NCBI RefSeq assembly: GCF_008000775.2
Contig: NZ_CP042905.2
Location: 1,620,001 to 1,652,000, forward strand
DNA length: 32,000 nt
Reading direction: 5' to 3'
Source: Promethearchaeum syntrophicum
GTDB taxonomy: Archaea; Asgardarchaeota; Lokiarchaeia; Sigyniarchaeales; Promethearchaeaceae
In this document: positions 8,474 through 17,754 of the stretch, piece by piece
Layout: the number at the start of each line of letters is the position of its first letter
How positions within the stretch are numbered: the first letter of the stretch is position 1
Notes under the pieces: generated by a model
Database searches by the model: none
Told to the model about the DNA's origin: nothing
Seen by the model: only the letters and a program-made list of their open reading frames with translations
Translations under genes and position numbers: made by a program

Positions 8474-10258
8474 ATGAGCGCAAAATCTGATTTAAAATTG
8501 TCTAATAAAAGGCTATCAATTATTGTTATCTTTGTAATATGTATTTCTGTGATTTCTATTGCCGGAATATTTCCAAATTTAATTCCTAATGATACAAAAA
8601 ATCCATTTGATAACGAATCCAATCTAACAACTCCTCAATCTGCAGCATATAATACTTTGTTATTCATCACAGGTGTTGATCAAACTCACACAGTAAGAGG
8701 ATCAAATTTCAACCTTAATGGATATGTTCAGAAATTTGATGGAAGTTGGACAAATACAAGTGGAATTCCTGTCTACCCGATTTTAGACGGTCATTTATGT
8801 GATGGTTCTGATTCGAATACGTCATTATATCCCAATTTAACAGTATTATCCTCAGAAATCAATTCAATGCAAGGGCAGTTCAGTATTTCTATTATTGTTC
8901 GAAGTGATTATGATTATTCTTTAGATTTAGAAGTATTAGCAAATATTACAGAAATTGCCGCACAAAATATATATGTTGATGAACATACCGTGCAAAATAC
9001 AACTCTTTATCACGATATTACAACACCCACTCAAATTATTCTCGATACTGGAACAGATTTAAATCCAGTTATCCCTGGAGATCAATTTACCCTTTCGATG
9101 ACTTTTCAAGATTCAACAGGAACTGATCTAACTTCCCCCTCAACTAATTTTAATGTTCTCACGAATGGAGCAGTAAATGGAGGGTATGTTATCTCTACCT
9201 CAGGAGGGTCTGGAGATGTCTTAATTACTACTCAATCAGGGTATACCTCTGTGGGAGTTGAATTTTTGGGAATGATTCCTACAACGGTAGGGCTTGAAAC
9301 CTATTATGAGTTTGAAAGTAGTTCACAATCAACGCCAATTGTTCGGGTAGAATCCATTAACGGAGATGTTAATATTACTAATTCAAATGATACTTCGCGT
9401 GCCTATGTCTACACAAACGGGAGTTTTCTAGTCAAAGGGAATATTTGGGCAAATGGAAACTCAAGCTTTAAACTTTCGAACAGGAATATTGAAATTCTTT
9501 TCAATGGGCAATCCCTCTTAACAACCACAACAGGGGCTGATGGATTAATAAATGAAATTGTAAATCTAGAAGAGATAGGTTTTTACGAATCTGATATCAA
9601 TTTTACCATTACAATTAAATTATTGGGTTATGATGATACACTATATACCAATCCTAGTTCCTTTAGAGTTATTCTCTCTTCTCTTGTTCAAGATGCACCA
9701 CTTCCGCTATCTCAAGCACTTCAAAAATGGGGATTAATAGTCTTACCTATCTTAGCTATTGCTGGAATTGTTGTGGGGATTGTTATTTTTCAACGAAAAC
9801 GTATGGAAGCTGCCCAAAAACTTGATCAGCGCTTCCGAGCAGTTGATAAAACTGCAAAATTCGCGATTATTACCATGCTTTATTCTCAAGGTCGAAGAAG
9901 AGAAGCAATTGCATATACGTATAAAATATATACTGATCTGATTAATGAAAAATACTCATTACAACGAACTTCTGCACAAACACTCAGGGAATTTGCAATA
10001 GTTTGTGTAATGAAATATGGGCTAGATCCACTTCGGGTGTATCCATATATTTCTATGATTGAAGATGTAATTTATGGAGCGTATGATGTTGATAGAAAGA
10101 TCTTTGAGAAATCGATTACATTATTTGGAAGAATTTTCCAAGAAATAACTGGAATTTTGCTTACCTACGACCTATCTATTTCAGAACATTCGAATCTCGA
10201 ACAAATGACCCTCAAAGTGTCCGTACCGGATGTTAAAACAAAAAAAATAGGTGAATAA
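8474..10258 (+). CDS. Bitopic membrane protein: N-terminal TM, ~400 aa sequon-rich ectodomain, second TM, cytoplasmic DUF4129-like helical tail
   Basis: GGAGG at 8459-8463 lies 10 nt upstream of the ATG. TM1 is LSIIVIFVICISVISIAGIF, preceded by K/R. TM2 is WGLIVLPILAIAGIVVGIVIF, followed by QRKR. The tail REAIAYTYKIY...TLREFA...DPLRVYPYISMIEDVIYGAYD...LFGRIFQEITG fits the DUF4129 pattern (helical, ending in a (R/I)YG motif). Confidence 0.7.
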   Translation: MSAKSDLKLSNKRLSIIVIFVICISVISIAGIFPNLIPNDTKNPFDNESNLTTPQSAAYNTLLFITGVDQTHTVRGSNFNLNGYVQKFDGSWTNTSGIPVYPILDGHLCDGSDSNTSLYPNLTVLSSEINSMQGQFSISIIVRSDYDYSLDLEVLANITEIAAQNIYVDEHTVQNTTLYHDITTPTQIILDTGTDLNPVIPGDQFTLSMTFQDSTGTDLTSPSTNFNVLTNGAVNGGYVISTSGGSGDVLITTQSGYTSVGVEFLGMIPTTVGLETYYEFESSSQSTPIVRVESINGDVNITNSNDTSRAYVYTNGSFLVKGNIWANGNSSFKLSNRNIEILFNGQSLLTTTTGADGLINEIVNLEEIGFYESDINFTITIKLLGYDDTLYTNPSSFRVILSSLVQDAPLPLSQALQKWGLIVLPILAIAGIVVGIVIFQRKRMEAAQKLDQRFRAVDKTAKFAIITMLYSQGRRREAIAYTYKIYTDLINEKYSLQRTSAQTLREFAIVCVMKYGLDPLRVYPYISMIEDVIYGAYDVDRKIFEKSITLFGRIFQEITGILLTYDLSISEHSNLEQMTLKVSVPDVKTKKIGE

Positions 10259-10354
10259 CAGAAAAATTCAGAATCAAATTAAAAACAAATACGTTACGTG
10301 AAAGGACTAAAACATTTAAGAATAAAAAACAAGAAAAAAAATAAGTGATTTATT

Positions 10355-10726
10355 ATGGCAAAAAAGAAAAAAGGAAAATCCACTGGTCAATCATTTGACC
10401 TTAGCGGTAAATTAAAAAATATCCAAACTCTTGTTCTGACTAAAAGACCGAAAGAAGCTATCGCATATCAATATATGTTGTTTACTATGATATGTGGTAT
10501 GAAATATCGTGAGGCAAAACATCCCTCCCAAAGTATTCGTGATTTTGCTATGACTATGGTAAGAAATCATTCGTTGAACCCAGCGAACGTTTATCCCTTT
10601 GTCCAAGAAGTTGAACATATTATCTATGGGGGACGTCAACCTGATAACGAAGCTTATCAACGGAGTTTAGAACGATTTGGAGAAGTTTTTCGTGAAATTA
10701 CAGGTAAGAAATTACCAAAACTTTAA
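10355..10726 (+). CDS. Stand-alone soluble DUF4129-like protein, paralogous to the cytoplasmic tail of the preceding gene
   Basis: 123 aa. It aligns without gaps over ~88 residues to the tail of 8474-10258: KEAIAYQYMLF / REAIAYTYKIY; SIRDFAM / TLREFAI; NPANVYPFVQEVEHIIYGG / DPLRVYPYISMIEDVIYGA; RFGEVFREITG / LFGRIFQEITG. Confidence 0.7.
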   Translation: MAKKKKGKSTGQSFDLSGKLKNIQTLVLTKRPKEAIAYQYMLFTMICGMKYREAKHPSQSIRDFAMTMVRNHSLNPANVYPFVQEVEHIIYGGRQPDNEAYQRSLERFGEVFREITGKKLPKL

Positions 10727-10762
10727 GATAATCAGCATATATTGAAGAAGGTTTAAATTTAA

Positions 10763-13294
10763 ATGGCAGTAAGAAATTATGGAATTATAGTAACGCCCAT
10801 TGGATTACTTTTTATAATAATAGGAGGTATTTTAGGGGGTATAGGTGGAAACAACGACAATGACATTTTACTAACCATTGGAATTTTTACTGCAATCCTT
10901 GGTGTTATCACATTATTTATTGGAATTTCTCGTCTGGTGCAAGGAAAAGATCGGAAAATAATGGGGCAAATAGTTCGTCCTAAAGCAGCAGCTAGAGGAT
11001 CAGCAATATGGGCGGCATTATTTTTCAATATCACTCCTTTATTATTGAATAATCCCGGTGTAATGGAGCATGGTCCACCTTTTCCCCTGGCAATTGTGTT
11101 TAATTCAGATATTGATCTTCAATCGAATAATTATTTATGGGTACCTTTTGTAGTAATCTTGTTTACGCTACTGTGGATTGTAGGATTTTTGTTCTCAGGA
11201 AAATTTCCAAAAACAGTGAATATCTTTTTCAATTGGATCATAACAATCTGTTTAACTTTCTACGTAAATTTTGGTTTATATTTCTTTTTAAGCACATTTT
11301 ATGCAGATAAAACGGGTAACTTCTTGCTTGAACCCTGGGCAGATGCTACTACAATAGCTGAATTAACGGCTCCGCTAATAATATCCATATCAATATTAAT
11401 TATATCAATATTTTTCCTAACGAGAATGATTAAGAATCTAAAAATTTCTTTTTCAAATTTAAACGTCAAGAAGAAAAATGCGTTAATTGTGAACATCATC
11501 CTTATTACCGCTTATATCTCTGCAATAAGCCCTATCGTTTTTGGGATTTGGCTTTGTTTAACCACAACTACTCCCTATATGGTAAGCCCATATATCGCAT
11601 ATTTTGGATTTATATTCGTTGGAATTGTTATCTATTATGCAATTTCGACTTTGATTAGCACATTTAAAGATTTAGGCAAATCCCAAGCAGGTGAAGGAAA
11701 AGCGGCTCACACGGGATTTAGCTTAAGTGGTGCAATTTTTATCGCTTTATTATTTCTTACCTGGTCGCCTCTCTTCCTACCAATTGTAGATCAAGGCATG
11801 AACAATAAGAATAATTCCATCTATAATCCGGATTGGAATGGATGGTCAAATTTTGCAGAGGCTGTAAGAGACGAAGGTTATGATGTAATGAGCATACAAT
11901 CTTCAATTAGCACGGTTGATCAACTTGATCCTAATAAGCAGATTATATTAGTCATAGGGGGACCGAATGTTTTCTATAATCCGCTTTCTGAAATTCCCTA
12001 TTTCTTAACGGCTTTTCGGAGAAATTTCTCCATGTTTGTAAATGAAGATCATGGACAAGCGGGAAATTTGTTGTTTTCAACCTATGCTGCTTCATTATTA
12101 ACAAGCCCAACACCTCTAACCTTATTTGCTCAAGGTGTTTTAAATGATAACGCATCATATTGGAAAGATCCAACTTTTCCCATTATAAAAAATTTTCCAG
12201 ATGCAGGAATACTCACACAAAATGTTAATGAAGTATGCTTATCTTCATCAGGAGGATTTTTAGGGGGAACTCTTTTTGGTCAATTAGGGTGGAATTTCTT
12301 AGGAAGCACATCCTCCCAATACAGTTGGATTGATAGGGACAATAATGGGATATATAATGCAAATGGAGATACTTATAATTTACCAGATACATTTACCAGC
12401 GTTCTTCAAGACCAGGAATCAATGGTAAGCGTATTAGGTAATATATTAGAGGTTGGTTTACAACTCGGTGGGTACTCGCAAACGGTTTTTGGAATGAAAG
12501 AATTAGCACTCAACTCACCAATTACAGTGGGAAATCAAACTGGAATACATTCTAGCAGAATGTTCGTTTCAGCCGATGCATCATGGTTAAATAATGAACT
12601 AACTTCGGATGAATCACGTGAAATTAGGGTCGATGGTTCACCACAAACAATTAGTGGTTTCGACAATTTACAATTCGGATTAAATATTATTGAATATTTA
12701 GCATGTGGGCGGGATACAGATGAATGCATTGTCGTTTTTGATGAAGCACATATTAGACCTGAAATAGGTTATACTGAAATTTCATCCGCTTCCTCATTCG
12801 GTGCAACTCAAGGTTATGTTAATTGGTTATCGACTAATCCCATTTTGGGCCTCGTTTACCCCTTATTTGCACTTCAAACCCTTCGAAAATGGATACCGAA
12901 GGAAGGGGATAAGAAAAAGGTCCAACTTCGTGATCTTGAAGAAGAAGAACGAAGATTGTCCATGTTATCATTCAGAAGTTCTTCCTTTTTCGCACAAAAA
13001 ATCAATTGGTACCGTCAACATCATAAATTTAGACAAGCGCTAATCCAACTTTATAGACGCTTGGAGCGTAAAGTCAATCGATTACTCGGCGATGCTCCAG
13101 ACCGCTCTGTTACCGCCATTATGAAGGCAATAGAACGTGAACGAGGAAAGTATATGTCTAAAGATAATTATAGAAGAATCCAGGCTTTCTTTGAAAAAAT
13201 GGTTAGCTTGAAAGCTAATAAATCAGATATCAAAAATGAACATGAATTTGAAGATCTATTCATGGAAATGAGTTGGGTTTCAGACCATGTTTGA
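10763..13294 (+). CDS. Polytopic membrane protein (~9 TM N-terminal half) with a DUF4350-like domain and a C-terminal helical tail
   Basis: Multiple hydrophobic helices span aa 1-340. DUF4350-type segments are GWSNFAEAVRDEGYDVMSI, QIILVIGGPNVFYNPLSEIPYFLTAF, FVNEDHG and, later, CIVVFDEAH. A late hydrophobic segment (NPILGLVYPLFALQTL) is followed by a charged helical tail (FRQALIQLYRRLERKVNRLLG...). Confidence 0.65.
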   Translation: MAVRNYGIIVTPIGLLFIIIGGILGGIGGNNDNDILLTIGIFTAILGVITLFIGISRLVQGKDRKIMGQIVRPKAAARGSAIWAALFFNITPLLLNNPGVMEHGPPFPLAIVFNSDIDLQSNNYLWVPFVVILFTLLWIVGFLFSGKFPKTVNIFFNWIITICLTFYVNFGLYFFLSTFYADKTGNFLLEPWADATTIAELTAPLIISISILIISIFFLTRMIKNLKISFSNLNVKKKNALIVNIILITAYISAISPIVFGIWLCLTTTTPYMVSPYIAYFGFIFVGIVIYYAISTLISTFKDLGKSQAGEGKAAHTGFSLSGAIFIALLFLTWSPLFLPIVDQGMNNKNNSIYNPDWNGWSNFAEAVRDEGYDVMSIQSSISTVDQLDPNKQIILVIGGPNVFYNPLSEIPYFLTAFRRNFSMFVNEDHGQAGNLLFSTYAASLLTSPTPLTLFAQGVLNDNASYWKDPTFPIIKNFPDAGILTQNVNEVCLSSSGGFLGGTLFGQLGWNFLGSTSSQYSWIDRDNNGIYNANGDTYNLPDTFTSVLQDQESMVSVLGNILEVGLQLGGYSQTVFGMKELALNSPITVGNQTGIHSSRMFVSADASWLNNELTSDESREIRVDGSPQTISGFDNLQFGLNIIEYLACGRDTDECIVVFDEAHIRPEIGYTEISSASSFGATQGYVNWLSTNPILGLVYPLFALQTLRKWIPKEGDKKKVQLRDLEEEERRLSMLSFRSSSFFAQKINWYRQHHKFRQALIQLYRRLERKVNRLLGDAPDRSVTAIMKAIERERGKYMSKDNYRRIQAFFEKMVSLKANKSDIKNEHEFEDLFMEMSWVSDHV

Positions 13295-13421
13295 AAATGA
13301 ATAATATTAACATCTATGTTATATTTTACAATCATTTTTTTTTAGTAAAAATTTAGAAATGAAATACAAAATAGAAATAAAAAAAATAGGAAAAAAGTTA
13401 AAACAAAAAAAGGTTATCAAA

Positions 13422-14378
13422 ATGGCAGAAGTTGAAGAATTGGACATTGGCGTTGTTAGAGAAATAACACAAGACGTCCTAGCAGAAGTTTCCAGAGTTA
13501 TCGTTGGAATGGGATATGAACTCCAAATGTTGTTCATTGGTTTGTTAACAAATGGTCATATCTTGCTGGAAGGCGTACCTGGGCTCGCAAAAACAGTTAT
13601 GGCAAAAACATTCGCAGAAGCATTAGGTATCTCGTTCAACCGAATACAATTTACTCCTGATTTATTACCATCCGATTGTACGGGATCTATGGTTTTCGAT
13701 CAATCAAAGGGAGATTTCGTAATTCGGAAAGGACCCTTATTCGCAAACATCGTACTGGCTGACGAAATCAATCGTACAGCCCCTAAGACTCAAGCCGCGT
13801 TGCTTGAAGCTATGGGAGAAAAGCAAGTTACCATAGAAGGTCAAACTTATACTCTAGAAAAACCCTTCCAAGTTGTAGCTACACAAAACCCAATCGAGCA
13901 AGAAGGAACATACCCACTACCTGAAGCTCAACTTGATCGATTCATTTTCAAATTATGGCTAGATTATCCTCCAGAGGATGATGAAATTGAAATCATGGCA
14001 AGACAACTCAGTGGTGTTGCGATTCAAATCGAACCGATTACGAACGCCGAGGAAATAATTGAATTACAGCATTTGGTTGATGCTGTTTATATGGATCATA
14101 TAATTTTAGAATATATTAAGAATATCGTATTTAAAACTCGAAATGATCCACAGATCGGAATCGGAGCTGGACCAAGGGCTAGTTTAAATCTTATGAAAAC
14201 TGCAAAAGCCCGTGCTGCTATTTTAGGGAGAGATTATGTGACTCCAGATGATGTAAAAGAGTTATGTGTTCCAATTTTGAATCATCGACTCGCTCTTAAG
14301 CCAGAAGCAGAACTTGAAGGTCTAACAACTACGGCAGTAATAAATCGGATACTTTCCGATGTAGAGGTTCCAATGTAA
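13422..14378 (+). CDS. MoxR-family AAA+ ATPase
   Basis: GHILLEGVPGLAKT (the MoxR-type Walker A), VLADEINRTAPKTQAALLEAM (Walker B/sensor region), VVATQNPIEQEGTYPLPEAQLDRF, and the C-terminal lid GAGPRASLNLMKTAKARAAILGRDYVTPDDV. I prefer the start at M22 (ATG 13422, with AGGT upstream). The 21 upstream codons are A-rich, K-rich filler. Confidence 0.9.
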   Translation: MAEVEELDIGVVREITQDVLAEVSRVIVGMGYELQMLFIGLLTNGHILLEGVPGLAKTVMAKTFAEALGISFNRIQFTPDLLPSDCTGSMVFDQSKGDFVIRKGPLFANIVLADEINRTAPKTQAALLEAMGEKQVTIEGQTYTLEKPFQVVATQNPIEQEGTYPLPEAQLDRFIFKLWLDYPPEDDEIEIMARQLSGVAIQIEPITNAEEIIELQHLVDAVYMDHIILEYIKNIVFKTRNDPQIGIGAGPRASLNLMKTAKARAAILGRDYVTPDDVKELCVPILNHRLALKPEAELEGLTTTAVINRILSDVEVPM

Positions 14379-14505
14379 TTCTTAATTCCTATTTTTTTAT
14401 TTCTTCTATTTCTTCCCTTGGAATTCTTATTACCACATTTCTCCGATTTTTGTAAGGTAGAGCTACATTGTTAAGTTAAAAAGATCATATTTCTTTAAAC
14501 AAAAA

Positions 14506-16188
14506 ATGGATCTTCAGCAAAAATTATCGCAATTGTATTCATGTCAAACCAAAGATTATCACCAAATTGCGATCAATCTCCTAACTAATTTACGTAAAAG
14601 TGAAGAATTTTTATTGGTATTAATTAAAAAGTTTTTGAATTCACCGTTATCGATGAATTCGCAACGATTTTTAGAAATTGCGAATCAAATCCCGCTGCAG
14701 GTGTATAAAAATCTATTAAATAAAGCTGAAAGAAAACAAAAATATGACGTTGATCCTTTGATTCATCATCAAATTTCAGGTTTTATTCAATTAATGCTTA
14801 GAAATTACACTCAAGCAGATAGTCTTTTTCAAAAATCTGAAGAAATCATGAAAAATAACATCCATACTCAATTTCTCCAATCAAATTCGGCGCGTTTGAA
14901 TTTTGATTTCACTTTAGCTGAAGCAATATTAAATCAATTGTTAGAAAAAGACCCTGAAAATGCAATTTTTTGGGATCGCCGTGGACAAATCGCCCTCGAT
15001 CGCCACCATTTCAGTAAAGCAGAAGAATTTTTTACGAAATCCTGGGAAAAAAATTGCGTTCATCAAATTGATAGAAGCAAAAAAAAGCAAAATGCTACTA
15101 AGCACGATATCTTAGCAAACTGTCATAATTATTCATTGATGCAACTTATATGGATTAAAATTGAGTTTCAACAATTTGATCAGGTACAAGAACTCATCGA
15201 AATCGCGAAGAAAAATGATCTTAACGATCCATATCTTTCCAATTCTTTAGGAGATCTAAACCGCTTTAAACAAGACTCTCTTGGTAGCATTAATGCCTAT
15301 ACTAATGCAATTGAAATGAATCCGTTTGAACCTCTATTTTGGAAAAATCTCGCCTTAATTTACATGCAAATCGGAGAATTTAAGCAAACTCAAATTGCAC
15401 TCGAGGAACTCATGACCTTAGATCCGGATAAAATCGACCCATGGATTACATATGCTTGGTTTTATGAAGAAAAAAATGAATTTGAAAGCGCAATTAAGAA
15501 AATCAAAGAAGGTCTTGAAAAGATTCCGAACTGTGCAGAGCTTTATATTGAACTTGCAAGGTGCTATAATGAAATTGGGGAGGGTTTAGGAGAATTTAAA
15601 TATCTTCAAAAAGCTAGAGAAGTTTCCCCTCGAAATGTTAACGTCCTCAATGGTCTTGCTTATTATTTCCTCAATAATGATGACTATGAAGCATCTGAAG
15701 AACTTTTTCAACAAATACTCAAAATAGATCCAGCCAATATCACGGCTTTAAATGGACTAGCTACTCTTAAATATGAAGAACATCATGACCCGGTTTCAGC
15801 AGAAAATTACTTAAAACAATCGATAGAAATTGATCCATCTAATCTACAAACCTGGATTCAATATGGGCAACTAATTTTTCATGAGGAAAAATATGTTGAA
15901 GCGGAAAAATACTTCAAAAAAGCCCTCGATATTAATCCCCATCATATCAGCGTACTTCATTATTTGGGGCTAATTGCTTGGGGAATTCATGGAGATCTCA
16001 AACAAGCTGAAAGTTATTTTAAGCATGCCCTAAGCTTTGCAGATGATAATATCTCAATCTCGCTAGATCTCATTGAATTATATAGAACTGATTTGAAACA
16101 AATAGAAAAAGCAAAGGAAATCACGAAAAATTTATTGAAAATTCTCCCTGATGATAAATATTTGAAGGAAATCCTCAAAAACTTATGA
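14506..16188 (+). CDS. TPR repeat protein (560 aa)
   Basis: Repeated 34-aa TPR-like units in the C-terminal two-thirds, for example AYTNAIEMNPFEPLFWKNLALIYMQIGEFKQTQIALEELMTLDPDK, YLQKAREVSPRNVNVLNGLAYYF and FKKALDINPHHISVLHYLGLIAW. A T7 tract after MoxR (14393-14399) suggests it may have its own transcript. Confidence 0.8.
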   Translation: MDLQQKLSQLYSCQTKDYHQIAINLLTNLRKSEEFLLVLIKKFLNSPLSMNSQRFLEIANQIPLQVYKNLLNKAERKQKYDVDPLIHHQISGFIQLMLRNYTQADSLFQKSEEIMKNNIHTQFLQSNSARLNFDFTLAEAILNQLLEKDPENAIFWDRRGQIALDRHHFSKAEEFFTKSWEKNCVHQIDRSKKKQNATKHDILANCHNYSLMQLIWIKIEFQQFDQVQELIEIAKKNDLNDPYLSNSLGDLNRFKQDSLGSINAYTNAIEMNPFEPLFWKNLALIYMQIGEFKQTQIALEELMTLDPDKIDPWITYAWFYEEKNEFESAIKKIKEGLEKIPNCAELYIELARCYNEIGEGLGEFKYLQKAREVSPRNVNVLNGLAYYFLNNDDYEASEELFQQILKIDPANITALNGLATLKYEEHHDPVSAENYLKQSIEIDPSNLQTWIQYGQLIFHEEKYVEAEKYFKKALDINPHHISVLHYLGLIAWGIHGDLKQAESYFKHALSFADDNISISLDLIELYRTDLKQIEKAKEITKNLLKILPDDKYLKEILKNL

Positions 16189-16733
16189 TAATTAAATGAA
16201 GGGTGGAATAAATATCCCATAATATAACTCGTATATCATAAAAAATAAAACAAATAAAATAAAGTTCAAAATTGGGTAAAAAAGATTTTTTTTGCTTAAC
16301 TGTATTTATCATAGGGAGTTTTAATATACTATTTTTCTCCCAAACCTTGATTATGAGAGAAAAAAATTACAATATTATTGACCACAACACTTACGGTATA
16401 AAAAAACGTTATTGTAAAATCCATTTAAAAATCCCCACAATCAACGGGAAAAATCTTTTTTACTTAAAAATCTATAAAAAAAAATAATTTTTTTTATGTT
16501 TGCGGAATAATAAAACACAAAATTATATTCTTAGGATCAGCTGTATTGAAATGTTGTTAAAAATTCATGCACATTTCATTTATTATGCTGATTCAAATGA
16601 AAATAAAGATCGAATTAATAATATCGAGTAAAAATTAGTTGAAAAAGCAAGAAAATACAAGCGGAATTATGATATATTCACATTGAACGAGATTTTTTCT
16701 AATGAAAAATTAATCTTGGAAAAAAAAGGGAAT

Positions 16734-17183
16734 TTATTTTATTGATATTTTTTTCTTAAAATCTTCAAAAAAGACATAATCGCCATTTTTTAATTCATCT
16801 AATGATTCTGAAATTGATTTAACAACTTTTGAATTACGTAAATCTTTGGGGAGATTTTTAATAGTTAGCTCTTTGCGAGTTTCATAGTAAAAATCATGAT
16901 ATTCGTTAATTTCATCTAATATTTCCCGATCATCAATAGAAGATTTTAAACTTAACACACTTTCATAAAATTTAATAAAGGCTTCTTGATATGTTTCAAG
17001 ATTTTTAGGGATAATTTGATCATTTAATTCTTTACGCATTATCCCTAAATCACGATTCGACATTCCCGAACCATATTTTTCTTTTAATATTTCTTGGATC
17101 TCGCCATAAGGGAGATGGTTCTTTAGTAATTTCAATGTAAAATCTTTTTTTTCTATTTTATCTTCTTTCGTAAGTTGTTGCAT
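16734..17183 (-). CDS. Hypothetical helical protein (149 aa), possible DNA-binding or antitoxin-like regulator
   Basis: ATG-initiated, and the only minus-strand gene within the 3354-21652 block. The N-terminus LLKNHLPYGEIQEILKEKYGSGMSNRDLGIMRKEL is HTH-like. The C-terminus SISESLDELKNGDYVFFEDFKKKI resembles the C-terminal segment of some ParD/RelB-type antitoxins. Both are weak, motif-level impressions only. Confidence 0.45.
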   Translation of the reverse strand: MQQLTKEDKIEKKDFTLKLLKNHLPYGEIQEILKEKYGSGMSNRDLGIMRKELNDQIIPKNLETYQEAFIKFYESVLSLKSSIDDREILDEINEYHDFYYETRKELTIKNLPKDLRNSKVVKSISESLDELKNGDYVFFEDFKKKISIK

Positions 17184-17205
17184 ACCATTTTTTCACTTTT
17201 TTTTT

Positions 17206-17338
17206 GGTAATTTTTTACCTTATAATTACCATAAAATATTCTTAAGAAATTCTTAAGTTATTCTTAAGATAATTAAATAATTTTAAATATATAAATATAA
17301 TTAATATAATTATAAATAATGGTAAATTTATGGTAAAT
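17206..17338. promoter_or_regulatory. Operator-like repeat field in the divergent intergenic region: three ATTCTTAAG units at exact 11-bp spacing plus five GGTAA/TTACC half-sites
   Basis: TTCTTAAG occurs at 17239-17246, 17250-17257 and 17261-17268; each contains the palindrome CTTAAG. GGTAA at 17206-17210 faces TTACC at 17215-17219, with TTACC again at 17226-17230. TGGTAAAT occurs at 17320-17327 and 17331-17338, again 11 bp apart. Confidence 0.5.
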
Positions 17339-17367
17339 ATTATAAAAGAAATTTTCCTTTTATATAT

Positions 17368-17628
17368 ATGTCTTGGCAACTTAGACTTCCAAAAAAATGG
17401 CAAAACTTCATTGATAAATTAGAGAAAATAGATCAAGAAAAAATTAATCAAGTTTTAGATGAAATTAAAATAAATCCTTATGAAAATGATGGAATAGTCC
17501 AGAAATTCTCACCTACTAAAGTGTTTAAAAGGCGAGCAGGTGATTATCGGATTTTATATTTGATAACTAAGAAAATCAAAATTATTGATATCGTTAAAAT
17601 TGGTCATCGAAAAAATGTTTACAATTGA
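17368..17628 (+). CDS. RelE/ParE-family type II toxin (mRNA interferase-like)
   Basis: 86 aa. The pattern WQLRLPKKWQNFIDKL...INQVLDEIKINPYEN...FKRRAGDYRILYLI....IIDIVKIGHRKNVY matches the ParE_toxin/RelE signature (...vGdyRiiY.i......i..ighRk.vY). Confidence 0.8.
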   Translation: MSWQLRLPKKWQNFIDKLEKIDQEKINQVLDEIKINPYENDGIVQKFSPTKVFKRRAGDYRILYLITKKIKIIDIVKIGHRKNVYN

Positions 17629-17634
17629 AATATC

Positions 17635-17654
17635 ATTCAATTTTTTTTTTGAAT
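17635..17654 (+). terminator. Hairpin/oligo-T terminator after the RelE-like gene
   Basis: ATTCAA (17635-17640), then a T10 run (17641-17650) running into TTGAAT (17649-17654). It starts 7 nt after the stop codon. Confidence 0.5.
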
Positions 17655-17754
17655 TAAGGGACGACAAGTTCAAACAAATCTAAATAGTTTTCATATTAAT
17701 TGGGCATAGTTTTAATTCCAAAACCCATTAAAAATTATAGAGATCGAGATCAAT

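Noticed and set aside
13359-13421. 21-codon K-rich extension at the 5' end of the MoxR ORF
   Set aside because: It is an A-rich intergenic sequence that translates to MKYKIEIKKIGKK.... The ATG at 13422 has an AGGT upstream and gives a normal MoxR N-terminal length.
16272-16487. 71-aa plus-strand ORF in the long gap after the TPR gene
   Set aside because: It has a TTG start, extreme AT-driven K/I/F/N composition, no motif, and contains a T8 tract. It is most likely non-coding.
16551-16745. 26-codon ORF that continues in frame past a TAA for another ~37 codons (possible gene remnant or antitoxin pseudogene)
   Set aside because: K/N/I-rich translation is expected by chance in DNA this AT-rich. 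It has no recognisable motif and it runs into the 3' end of the opposite-strand gene. I keep it only as a weak possibility.
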